Virus record (IMG/VR): IMGVR_UViG_3300024988_000234
Coordinates: 1-35,347 of that record
Source: a virus
Lineage: Duplodnaviria > Caudoviricetes
Strand: one strand, 5' to 3'
DNA length: 35,347 bases
Each line of letters opens with the position of its first letter. Position 1 is the stretch's first letter. Below are positions 26,564-34,248 of the stretch, in pieces. Under the pieces are notes generated by a model. The model had not been told where the DNA came from, ran no database searches, and was given only the letters and a program-made list of their open reading frames with translations. Position numbers and translations under genes: made by a program.

Positions 26564-26994
26564 CGTGCGGTGGACCTCTTGAGGGCCCGTCGTTCGCGAC
26601 GGGACAGGTGCTTCGCGGGGGGGCGGGGGTCGGGCCGCGGGTCGGTCCGCGGGTCGCGGTCGAGCCGCGGGTCGCCGTCGAGGCCGGAAGCCCCGCAGCG
26701 CTCGCAGTAGAGCCACGAGCCGCGGGGGATGGGCCCGTGGTGCGGGCACTCGGGCGTCAGCTCCTCGCCCCGATCGCCGAGTTCGACGCGGACGAACGGC
26801 GGGCAGCCGTACATCGGCGTGACCGGCGGCTTCCATTCCTCCGGCGCCCGGAGGTCGTGCTCGATCGCCCCGGCGGCCCTCAGCCCGGCCTGGACCGACC
26901 GGACCGACATGCCCTCCCGGAGGGCGATCTCGACGGGGGTGAACCCCTCGTCGCGGTACCAGAGCAGCACCGCGGACATCAGGTGCGACGGCAT
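26521..26994 (-). CDS. HTH (sigma region 4-like) plus Zn-ribbon protein, 157 aa; putative late regulator
   Basis: EGFTPVEIALREGMSVRSVQAGL HTH; CPHH..YCERC. Confidence 0.72.
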   Translation of the reverse strand: MPSHLMSAVLLWYRDEGFTPVEIALREGMSVRSVQAGLRAAGAIEHDLRAPEEWKPPVTPMYGCPPFVRVELGDRGEELTPECPHHGPIPRGSWLYCERCGASGLDGDPRLDRDPRTDPRPDPRPPAKHLSRRERRALKRSTARWNAPPPTGSPRPS

Positions 26995-27076
26995 CCCCAG
27001 GCCCCTCGCTTCGTCTATAGAGACGGTATCGCACGCCCCCGACGGCCCCGACGCGGCGGGCCCCGACGGCGGTCCC

Positions 27077-27802
27077 TCAGCCCTTGCGGCGGTTGGGGTT
27101 GCACTTTTTCGGGTACGCGCAGGACTTGCGCCGCCGCTCGTGCCGGCGCGACAGCTCCGCCCGCAGCCGGTCGAGCGCCGTCCGGGCGATCCGCCGGACC
27201 GCGAAGACGCTGCACCCGATCTCCTCCGCCGTCCGCTTCAGCGACGCCGGCGGCCCGCCGTCGAGGCCGTAGAGCCGACCGACGACGTGCCGCTGGATCA
27301 TCGGCAGCGCCGCCAGCCCCTCGCCCAGGTCCTCGTCGGGCTCGGGATCGGGCCGGGCCGCGGCGTCGTCGACGCCGACGGGGAGATACTCCGCGGCGAG
27401 GATCCGGGCCGCGGCGTCCCTCGCCGCGCGGCGGCCCGGCGTCAGCGCCGCGCCGTCGCCCCCGGATCGCAACACGGATTCGATATATTCTGGAACGTGG
27501 ATTATTCGGGCGGCGTCGAGGGCCCGCGCGATATAGAGATGCATCCATCTCGCGGCATAGTTTCCGAAGCGGACGCCGGGGTGGGCGACCGGGTCGTACT
27601 TCGCCGCGGCGCGGACGATCCCGAAGACGGCCTCCTGCACCAGGTCGGCGACGTCGACCGGCCCGCGCCGGCCCGCCGCCCGGGCCAGCTTCCTCGCCAG
27701 CCCCATGTGCTCCATAACCAGGCGATTGCGGGCGTGGTCGTCGCCCGCACGGGCCCGGCCGCAGAGGATGCACTCCTCGGCGTGCGTCAGCCGTCCCTGC
27801 AT
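27077..27802 (-). CDS. Second sigma-70 family factor, 241 aa
   Basis: LTHAEE (region 1.2); ARNRLVMEHMGLA..DLVQEAVFGIVRAAAKYDP..GVRFGNYAARW (region 2); YGLDG..SLKRTAEEIG (region 4); GAGG RBS. Confidence 0.92.
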   Translation of the reverse strand: MQGRLTHAEECILCGRARAGDDHARNRLVMEHMGLARKLARAAGRRGPVDVADLVQEAVFGIVRAAAKYDPVAHPGVRFGNYAARWMHLYIARALDAARIIHVPEYIESVLRSGGDGAALTPGRRAARDAAARILAAEYLPVGVDDAAARPDPEPDEDLGEGLAALPMIQRHVVGRLYGLDGGPPASLKRTAEEIGCSVFAVRRIARTALDRLRAELSRRHERRRKSCAYPKKCNPNRRKG

Positions 27803-27902
27803 CGTTGCACCTCATCGCGGTCGCGTCATCGCATCGCTTGGATGATAGTGTTTTTTAAGGGCCTCATGCGGGCTTTTTTGGGGGCCGCGGAGGGGCGGAA
27901 AT

Positions 27903-27928
27903 CGTCCACGACGTTCACGTGATGGACG
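27903..27928. other. Candidate serine-recombinase crossover site (26 bp)
   Basis: CGTCCACGACGT-TC-ACGTGATGGACG: 12-bp inverted arms (10/12 match) around a 2-bp core, upstream of the recombinase gene. Confidence 0.5.
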
Positions 27929-27953
27929 GCCCGCCGCCCCCGGGTCCGTACAC

Positions 27954-28018
27954 CGTAACCATCTGGCTACGACCGTAGCCCCCCGGTATCCTGGGTGCAG
28001 CGTAGCCGGGCGGCTACG
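27954..28018. repeat. Array of CGTAGCC half-sites in alternating orientation (accessory/operator sites)
   Basis: CGTAACCA-tc-TGGCTACG-ac-CGTAGCCC (27954-27981) and perfect CGTAGCCG-gg-CGGCTACG (28001-28018). Confidence 0.7.
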
Positions 28019-28058
28019 GAACCGGCCGCCCGCCGCATGAATCACGGGGGAAATCGCG

Positions 28059-28769
28059 ATGGATGTCGACGGCTACGTCCGGGTCTCGACCGAGGAACAG
28101 GCGCGCGGCGGCGTCTCGATCGAAGTCCAGACCGCCAAGGTCCGGATGTACTGCGAATTGCATGGATTGACGTTGCGGGAGATCATCGCCGACGAGGGCC
28201 GATCCGGGAAGGACCTCGACCGGCCCGGCCTCCGCCGCGCCCTCGAACGGCTCCGGTCGGGCGAGTCCGAGGGGGTCGTCGTCGCCAAGCTCGACCGGCT
28301 CTCCCGGTCGGTCGCCGACTGGAACGCGCTCATCGTCGAGTTCTTCGGCGAGCGGGCCGGCCGGCAATTGTTCAGCATCGGCGACAGCATCGACACCCGG
28401 ACCGCGGCCGGGCGGCTGGTCCTGAACGTCCTCATGTCCGTCGCCCAGTGGGAGCGCGAGACGATCGCCGAGCGCGTCTACGACGCCATGCAGTACGTGA
28501 AGAAGATCGGGAACCGGGCCGGCCAGATCCCCTACGGCCGCCGGCTCGCCAACCCCGGCGACCCCGACGACACGCGCCTGGAGGACGTCCCCGAGGAGGT
28601 CGCGACGGTCGCCCTGATGCTGGAGCTGCGCCGCGGCGGCTGGTCCCTCGGCCGGATCGCCCGCCACCTGACCGACCGGGGGGCGCCCACCAAGTCCGGC
28701 GCGACGACCTGGTCGAAGTCGTCGGTCCACGCGATCCTCCGGAGGTGCGAACGTGCCATCGCCTCGTAA
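28059..28769 (+). CDS. Serine recombinase (resolvase domain plus a short Recombinase DNA-binding domain), 236 aa
   Basis: YVRVSTEEQ, DEGRSGK..RPGL, VVAKLDRLSR, AQWERE.I.ER, PYG, IARHL..RG..W....V..IL. Confidence 0.95.
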   Translation: MDVDGYVRVSTEEQARGGVSIEVQTAKVRMYCELHGLTLREIIADEGRSGKDLDRPGLRRALERLRSGESEGVVVAKLDRLSRSVADWNALIVEFFGERAGRQLFSIGDSIDTRTAAGRLVLNVLMSVAQWERETIAERVYDAMQYVKKIGNRAGQIPYGRRLANPGDPDDTRLEDVPEEVATVALMLELRRGGWSLGRIARHLTDRGAPTKSGATTWSKSSVHAILRRCERAIAS

Positions 28770-28995
28770 GGCGGCCCCCCCGCCGCGGGCCACGATCGGC
28801 GAGCAGCTCCGCGCGGCGATCGAGAAGTCCGGCCGGACCCAGTACGACATCGCGAAGGAGGCGGGGATCCACCGGATCCTCATCTCCCGCTTCGTCTCCG
28901 GCGTCCGCCCCTCGCTCTCGCTGGAGACCGTCGACGCGCTCTGCCGCGCCCTCGACCTCCAGCTCTGCCCCGGCCGGCGGAAGCCGAAGGGGTGA
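28753..28995 (+). CDS. XRE-family HTH protein, 80 aa
   Basis: LRAAIEKSGRTQYDIAKEAGI....ISRF..G...LSLETVDALCRAL. Confidence 0.88.
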   Translation: MPSPRKAAPPPRATIGEQLRAAIEKSGRTQYDIAKEAGIHRILISRFVSGVRPSLSLETVDALCRALDLQLCPGRRKPKG

Positions 28996-29133
28996 CCCCC
29001 TCCCCTGCCCCGCCGGCACATGGGCGCAAGTCCATTGGAGCGGGCGCGCGCCTCGCGCCGATACCTGGACGGCCGGGCCGTCGAGCCGTCCCGGCGGCCG
29101 GGACGGCCGATCGTCCGGGGAGGGGCCGACGTC

Positions 29134-29424
29134 ATGGCGGGCAGGAAACCCAGGGCGGCCGGCCCGACCGGCCGGGCCGAGGCGGCGAAGGCGGCCGGCG
29201 GGCCGAGGCGGACGAAGACGACGCTGCGGCTCGGCGACCAGGTCCGCCGCGAGCTGGCCGTCGTCGCGGCCGAGCAGGGCCGCGACATGGCCGACATCGC
29301 CGAGGAGGCCCTGGCGTCGCACCTCGGCAAGTTCGCCGTCATCCGCGACTTGCGACGCCGGGCGGGGGCGACGACGGAAGGTGAGCCGCCGGCGGTCGAG
29401 CCGGGCGAACCGGCCGCGGCGTGA
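29134..29424 (+). CDS. Ribbon-helix-helix (CopG/ParG-like) protein, 96 aa
   Basis: GGGGAGGGG RBS; KTTLRL (ribbon), DQVRRELAVVAAEQG (helix), DMADIAEEALASHL (helix). Confidence 0.8.
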   Translation: MAGRKPRAAGPTGRAEAAKAAGGPRRTKTTLRLGDQVRRELAVVAAEQGRDMADIAEEALASHLGKFAVIRDLRRRAGATTEGEPPAVEPGEPAAA

Positions 29425-29437
29425 GCGGGTCGGGGGG

Positions 29438-29716
29438 TCAGCACAACCCCTTGGTCGCGACCGGGACGCCGTCGCGGATCGTCCACTCGTAGCGCGGCAG
29501 GTCCCACGCGAGGACGTAATCGGGCGTCGGGTCGAAGTCTTCGCAGTCCGCGACGTAGCGGACCGCGTTGGACGCGTAGTCGTATTGCGCCTCGACGACG
29601 ACGCAGCGCCCCATGATCGCCCGCAGCTCGGCCAGCTCCGCGGGGCTGCCGTCGCGGATCTTTTGCAGCGGGAGGCGGAAGACGCCGAGGCGGGGGCGGC
29701 GGTACGAGTCGAACAT
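29438..29716 (-). CDS. Hypothetical phage protein, 92 aa
   Basis: GGAG RBS before ATG 29716; normal composition. Confidence 0.7.
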   Translation of the reverse strand: MFDSYRRPRLGVFRLPLQKIRDGSPAELAELRAIMGRCVVVEAQYDYASNAVRYVADCEDFDPTPDYVLAWDLPRYEWTIRDGVPVATKGLC

Positions 29717-29721
29717 CGTCG

Positions 29722-29991
29722 TCACTCCAATCCGGTCGGGCCCGGCTTGTCGCATCTCGGGCGTCCTCGGTCGACCTCGTCGTAGAGCCTGGCCAGCCTC
29801 GCATCCCACTCGACCCGGTGGCGCAAGTCTTTGTACGCTGCGACCAGCACCATCGGCCCAACCGCGACGATCGCGACCAAGGCGAACGCCAGAATCGCGA
29901 TCAGGCAGCATCCGAGCAGGAAGAAGATGACGGTCTCGAATTGGTGGTGGATCGCGTGGTCCATCCAGCGGAGCGTCTCGGCGTCGAGCAT
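29722..29991 (-). CDS. Membrane protein, 89 aa
   Basis: Long hydrophobic stretch VIFFLLGCCLIAILAFALVAIVAVGPMVLV; GAGGGG RBS. Confidence 0.7.
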   Translation of the reverse strand: MLDAETLRWMDHAIHHQFETVIFFLLGCCLIAILAFALVAIVAVGPMVLVAAYKDLRHRVEWDARLARLYDEVDRGRPRCDKPGPTGLE

Positions 29992-30227
29992 CGTCCCCTC
30001 GCTTCGCTTCGAACCGCCACGGGCCGGGCGTCCTCCCGTCGGAGGGGCCCGGCCCGCGGCCTACTCGCTCGGACGGTGGGCTGAAGAGCTTTCCCCGCTC
30101 GCCGGCACCCGGACGCCGGTCCGCTTCGCGATTCGCACGTTTCCGCCCGGGTCAAGGGCCCCCGTCCACGCCTGCCATACGCCGGGTCGGCGATACGTGC
30201 ATGCCCCAAGTGGTGTGGCATGCACCG

Positions 30228-30256
30228 ATTATGCGAGCATAGGCCCGGCCGGGCAA
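30228..30256 (-). promoter_or_regulatory. Sigma70-type promoter TTGCCC-N17-CATAAT
   Basis: Reverse complement of 30228-30256; 17-nt spacer; points into a ~230-nt untranslated stretch. Confidence 0.55.
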
Positions 30257-30290
30257 GGGGTTGCGCCGGCCGGGCCGCCTCGGAACTATC

Positions 30291-30515
30291 TCAGGACCGG
30301 CCGGCCGCCGTCTTGGCCCCCTCGACCACCTCGAAGACGTCGTCGCGAGGCTGGCAACTCCGCATCACACCGAGCGCCCGAGCCGTCCGGGCGTCGACCA
30401 TCTCGTCCATCCGGGCGACGGCGTCATCGCCCGGCGACTTCAGCCGGTCGTGCAACACCCGGCCCTGATACTTCAGATCCCGCACCACGTCCTCAGCCGA
30501 CGTGCGTCGCGCCAT
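30291..30515 (-). CDS. Hypothetical protein, 74 aa
   Basis: GGAGAG RBS; plausible helical sequence. Confidence 0.5.
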   Translation of the reverse strand: MARRTSAEDVVRDLKYQGRVLHDRLKSPGDDAVARMDEMVDARTARALGVMRSCQPRDDVFEVVEGAKTAAGRS

Positions 30516-30761
30516 GATCCGACTCTCCGAGTCCCGCCGCCTTCAGCCGGGCGGCTCCGGCGGAGACGTCATCCGACCCCTCCGAACGCCCCATACGAGA
30601 TGCCTCGCTTTTGTGACGGGGGACCTCACACAATTTCGAGCTCCCGGATGTACCGACGATTGCGACCGAAACTCTGAAATCGAGCAACGCCCGGGGTTGA
30701 TCATTCTACTTAGAAGCCGCGGACGTCGCGGCGCAGAGCAGACATTCAGAGTGCAACGCAC

Positions 30762-31100
30762 ATGTCCAATCTCAGCATTCGTCGGCGCGTGGTCCAGGCG
30801 GCGTTCGAGGATCTCACCAACATCGCAGCCAACGGCGGCTCGCCAGCCAGGGCGTTCCAGGCCGTCACGGATCTGCTGGAAGCCCTATCCGACATGTGGG
30901 CTTCGATCGAAGTCGCTCGGATGTCAGGCCCATTCAAGGAGCTGACCGCGATTTACAACGCCGCGATGGTATCGGAGGGGGACGACACGCTGAAGATCGA
31001 CTGCACGGAGTTCTTCGACGGCCTCGCTGCCATCGTCGACTCGTCCAAGGAGATGTGCTCCCTCACCGCCGGCACCCTTCGCGAGATCGCAGCTCACTGA
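30762..31100 (+). CDS. Hypothetical helical protein, 112 aa (lower GC, moron-like)
   Basis: Non-shadow composition, AT-richer upstream region, orientation opposite to its neighbours. Confidence 0.6.
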   Translation: MSNLSIRRRVVQAAFEDLTNIAANGGSPARAFQAVTDLLEALSDMWASIEVARMSGPFKELTAIYNAAMVSEGDDTLKIDCTEFFDGLAAIVDSSKEMCSLTAGTLREIAAH

Positions 31101-31145
31101 ACTGATGCCGGTCGGGCGGCTCGCCACCTCCCGGCCGGCGGATTT

Positions 31146-31397
31146 TCACGGCGCGTTCGGATCGTCGGAAGTCAGTCGAATCGTGCGGTGGCCGACGATC
31201 TCGTACACGCCCTTTCCCTTCCGTCTCACCCTATCTCTATCAGCCGTGAAGATCGACTTCACACCGGGCATTTCGCCGTTGGGATCGGCGGTCGTGAAGG
31301 CGTCGATGATGTCGACGTAGACCTGGAGCGTGTACTCCCTACCCGACTCGTCCTTCGCCTTGAACGTCTGGATCAGGTCCCGCCTCTTGATCGCCAT
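31146..31397 (-). CDS. Small beta-rich hypothetical protein, 83 aa
   Basis: GGGAGG RBS; FKAKDESGREY..KGVYEIV..DPNAP. Confidence 0.72.
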   Translation of the reverse strand: MAIKRRDLIQTFKAKDESGREYTLQVYVDIIDAFTTADPNGEMPGVKSIFTADRDRVRRKGKGVYEIVGHRTIRLTSDDPNAP

Positions 31398-31428
31398 GAT
31401 CCCTCCCGCCTCACATCTTCGGCCGTTT

Positions 31429-31806
31429 TCAACGCCCCGCACGGGGCGGCACGTCACACTCGACCCGGCCGGGGCATCGCAGATTCGCCACGAACCGCTC
31501 GACGTCTTCCATCCGCCGGAACCGGCCCTCGCGCGCCATGCGTTGCACCAGCTCGGCGTCCGCCCTCGGCCAGCGCCCGAAGCCGACGCCGTTGACGCGG
31601 AGGTCGACCAGGTCCACGTCCTCGGGGCCCAGCGGGAGCAACGCCTCGATCAGCAGGCCGATCGGCCCGAGGACCAGGCCGAACGCGACCCCCTCGGCGA
31701 TCGGCCGACGCCGGACGCTCGCGATGTACGCCCCCCCGCCGCCGAACGCGCAGGCCCAGAAAGCGACGGCGAGCGTCCCGACCACGGCGAGGGCTTCGGC
31801 CGTCAT
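31429..31806 (-). CDS. Membrane protein, 125 aa (possible superinfection exclusion)
   Basis: Two TM segments; YIA..RRR...G..FGL.LGPIGLLI..LLP; co-oriented behind the RHH repressor candidate. Confidence 0.7.
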   Translation of the reverse strand: MTAEALAVVGTLAVAFWACAFGGGGAYIASVRRRPIAEGVAFGLVLGPIGLLIEALLPLGPEDVDLVDLRVNGVGFGRWPRADAELVQRMAREGRFRRMEDVERFVANLRCPGRVECDVPPRAGR

Positions 31807-31809
31807 CGC

Positions 31810-32052
31810 CTACTTCCCCTTCCTCCCCCGCGCCGGGGACTCAGGATCGGCCGTCGCCCCGCGCAACGCCTCGGCGTGCAGCCGCTCCGCGTCGCGCTGG
31901 GCGGTTTCGACGATCGTCCGGCTGATGTATTCCGCGACGGATTCGCCGGTGTAGCCGGATGCGATTTTCGCCCACTTCAGCGACTCGGGGGTCAATCGCA
32001 CCGTCGAGGTTTTGGGCTCTTTCTTTTCCATCACCGCCGCCCGAGTGCTCAT
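31810..32052 (-). CDS. RHH-type DNA-binding protein, 80 aa; candidate repressor
   Basis: TSTVRL ribbon, PESLKWAKIASGY helix, GESVAEYISRTI helix; first gene of the leftward promoter (alternative start 32031). Confidence 0.75.
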   Translation of the reverse strand: MSTRAAVMEKKEPKTSTVRLTPESLKWAKIASGYTGESVAEYISRTIVETAQRDAERLHAEALRGATADPESPARGRKGK

Positions 32053-32105
32053 CGTCGATATCCCCTACGCCGACCACATCTTACCCGGCGATCGCCCACG
32101 TCGCG

Positions 32106-32134
32106 ATTCTACACCGATGTACATAAAGGGTCAA
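32106..32134 (-). promoter_or_regulatory. Leftward sigma70 promoter TTGACC-N17-TAGAAT
   Basis: GGTCAA at 32129-32134 and ATTCTA at 32106-32111 on the + strand. Confidence 0.8.
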
Positions 32135-32161
32135 CGCGGCCAAAAACCTCAACGTAGGCAA

Positions 32162-32190
32162 TTGACACATTGGCCACATCGCGGTAGTAT
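32162..32190 (+). promoter_or_regulatory. Rightward early promoter TTGACA-N17-TAGTAT
   Basis: Perfect -35 at 32162-32167; -10 at 32185-32190. Confidence 0.85.
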
Positions 32191-32295
32191 GCAGCGGTTC
32201 GCTCGGTGGTTCGAGCGGCGCATGACGAGGGCCGCGGCGTGCTGACACACGCCACGGCCCGGAGACTCCCCCACCAACCCTGCGGAGAGAGAGAC

Positions 32296-32706
32296 ATGGC
32301 GACTGTAGCCCACCCCGAGAGTGGACGCAAGGCCACCCGGGCCTGCGCCGGCGGCTGCGGGCGGAAGATCGCGAACACGGGCCCTTACGGGGTGAAGCAC
32401 TGCGAGGCGTGCGCCGATCGGGTCTCGGCCCGGGAGTCGCTGGAGCACCTCCTTTCGGCCGGCGACCCGGTGATCGTCCGCCTGGCGGCGTGCTGGCTGG
32501 GGACGCTGGACATGGACGCCCCGGCGTGGCGGGACGCGCTCCTGCGGGCCGAGGTCGAGGAGGCCGTCGACAGGGCGTTCAACGCCTACCTGAAGCGCGA
32601 CGAGGAGAGGGCCCGCGCGATCCGCTACCGGGCCGAACGGGACCGACGGGCCGCGGAGGGGCGGATCCCGACGCTGGGCGACGACGACCTGGACCTCCCC
32701 TTCTGA
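32296..32706 (+). CDS. Zn-finger protein with an SSB-like acidic tail, 136 aa
   Basis: GGAGAGAG RBS; CAGGC..CEAC; ends DDDLDLPF. Confidence 0.78.
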   Translation: MATVAHPESGRKATRACAGGCGRKIANTGPYGVKHCEACADRVSARESLEHLLSAGDPVIVRLAACWLGTLDMDAPAWRDALLRAEVEEAVDRAFNAYLKRDEERARAIRYRAERDRRAAEGRIPTLGDDDLDLPF

Positions 32707-32722
32707 CGCGGGAGGATCGATC

Positions 32723-32956
32723 ATGGAACGGCGGGTCCCCCTGATGATGAAGCTGACCGCCGACCGGCTGCTGAAGCTGGCGGCGGCGCGGGAGATCAGC
32801 CGCGAGCGCCCGGGCCGCGAGGTCCGGGTGTACGCGGCCCCCTCCGGCCGGACGGTGGTCCGGCTCGACCGCGACGACGTGCAAGGCCCCGGCGAGCCGA
32901 TCGCCGTCTATCGCTGCGGAAGGCTGGTCGCCCCCGAGACGGGAGGAGTCCGATGA
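32723..32956 (+). CDS. Hypothetical protein, 77 aa
   Basis: GGAGG RBS; coupled to the next gene. Confidence 0.7.
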   Translation: MERRVPLMMKLTADRLLKLAAAREISRERPGREVRVYAAPSGRTVVRLDRDDVQGPGEPIAVYRCGRLVAPETGGVR

Positions 32957-33396
32957 AGTTGAAGGTGTCGATCGCGGGCCCCGGCGGCGCGTCGGCCGAG
33001 GTCCTGGCGGAGCTGGCCGACGGCTCCACGCCCGACCAGGTCCGCGACGCCGTCCGGCTGCACGCCGCGGCCCTCCGCGCCGGCCTGGGCGACGAGGCCC
33101 CGCCGGCCGCCGAGGACGACGGCCCCAGGCCCCGCCGCAACGGGCCGCCGCCCCCGCGCGACAACGACGGCGGCAAGCCCCCCGAGAACGGCCGCCAGCT
33201 CCTCGCGTGGGCCGGCGACCGGGGATGCAAGCGGCGCGTGTTCGAGCTGAAGGACGCCTGGGAGTTCCCGGACCAGGTCGTCTCGTGGGGCCGCGACGAG
33301 GCGATCGCGGTCTACAACGAGCTGCTGAAGGAGGCCGACCGGCCCGCCCCCCGGGGGGGCTACGGTCGCAACCGCTACGCCGGCGGTCGCGCCTGA
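32953..33396 (+). CDS. Hypothetical protein, 147 aa
   Basis: GGAGGAG RBS, ATGA overlap. Confidence 0.75.
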   Translation: MKLKVSIAGPGGASAEVLAELADGSTPDQVRDAVRLHAAALRAGLGDEAPPAAEDDGPRPRRNGPPPPRDNDGGKPPENGRQLLAWAGDRGCKRRVFELKDAWEFPDQVVSWGRDEAIAVYNELLKEADRPAPRGGYGRNRYAGGRA

Positions 33397-33575
33397 TCCG
33401 GCCCGATCCGGCGCGGATCCCCCTTGCCGCGCCCGCCGGGCGCGGCTAGCCTGGACGGGTCCGTCGCCCCATTGCGACGGCGCATGCAGGGGGCATTCCC
33501 CCTGGAATCGGTGGTCTGAAGTCGACGGCCGACCGGCCCCGCTCGTCGCGGGCCGCGTGCTCGTCCGTCCCGTCC

Positions 33576-33917
33576 GTGTCTGACCGAAACCCGAAGCCCG
33601 ATTCGCACGCCATTCCGGCAAGATCGTCGTGCAAGTCGAGCGTAGAAGAGAGCCAATCCATGAACGCCCGAAGAAAGTCCGCATCCGCGGACCCCGTCCC
33701 TCGTGCGCGCCGAACGGGACCATCCTACGGCCCGTCGGTGTACGGATCAACCCCGGACATCCCCGACGAGCACGAAATCCCGTTCCCCCTCGCGGGGGAC
33801 GTCTGGATCTCGGACGAGTACGTCTGCGTGACCGCCGTCCCGGCCGACGAATGGCCGGAGTGGACGGACCTGGTCGCATTCGGCGCGTCCTCCGTCGGGG
33901 GGGCCGGCCATGTCTGA
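33576..33917 (+). CDS. Hypothetical protein, up to 113 aa (start may be 33660)
   Basis: Acidic C-terminal half; stop overlaps the next gene. Confidence 0.55.
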   Translation: MSDRNPKPDSHAIPARSSCKSSVEESQSMNARRKSASADPVPRARRTGPSYGPSVYGSTPDIPDEHEIPFPLAGDVWISDEYVCVTAVPADEWPEWTDLVAFGASSVGGAGHV

Positions 33918-34248
33918 CCGGACCCACGACGGGGGGCGTCGGAAGCGACGGAAAGCCCGAGCCGCGTTCATCCGCGGCCGGATCCTCGCCTACCTGGCGC
34001 GAAACCCCGGCCATCACGGCGCGGGGGCGATCCACGTCGGCTCGGACGAGCTGAGGGGGGTCGACCCGGCCGAGCTGTGGCCCCACCTCCGCAACCTCTG
34101 CGACCGCGGCCTGGTGTTCGTGAGCTACGTCACGATCGTCCAGCCGTGCCACGGCTTCAAGTTCTCGCAGACCGTCCCCGCCTTCAGCCACTGGCGGCAC
34201 TTCATCGGCTGGGCGCCGACGCCGCCCGGGGGGGGCGGCGATGGCTGA
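33910..34248 (+). CDS. Possible winged-helix protein, 112 aa
   Basis: ILAYLARNPG..EL..HLRNLCDRGLV pattern. Confidence 0.6.
   Translation: MSDRTHDGGRRKRRKARAAFIRGRILAYLARNPGHHGAGAIHVGSDELRGVDPAELWPHLRNLCDRGLVFVSYVTIVQPCHGFKFSQTVPAFSHWRHFIGWAPTPPGGGGDG

Noticed and set aside
33397-33575. Intergenic stretch with short inverted repeats
   Set aside because: No recognisable RNA family, promoter or terminator pattern.
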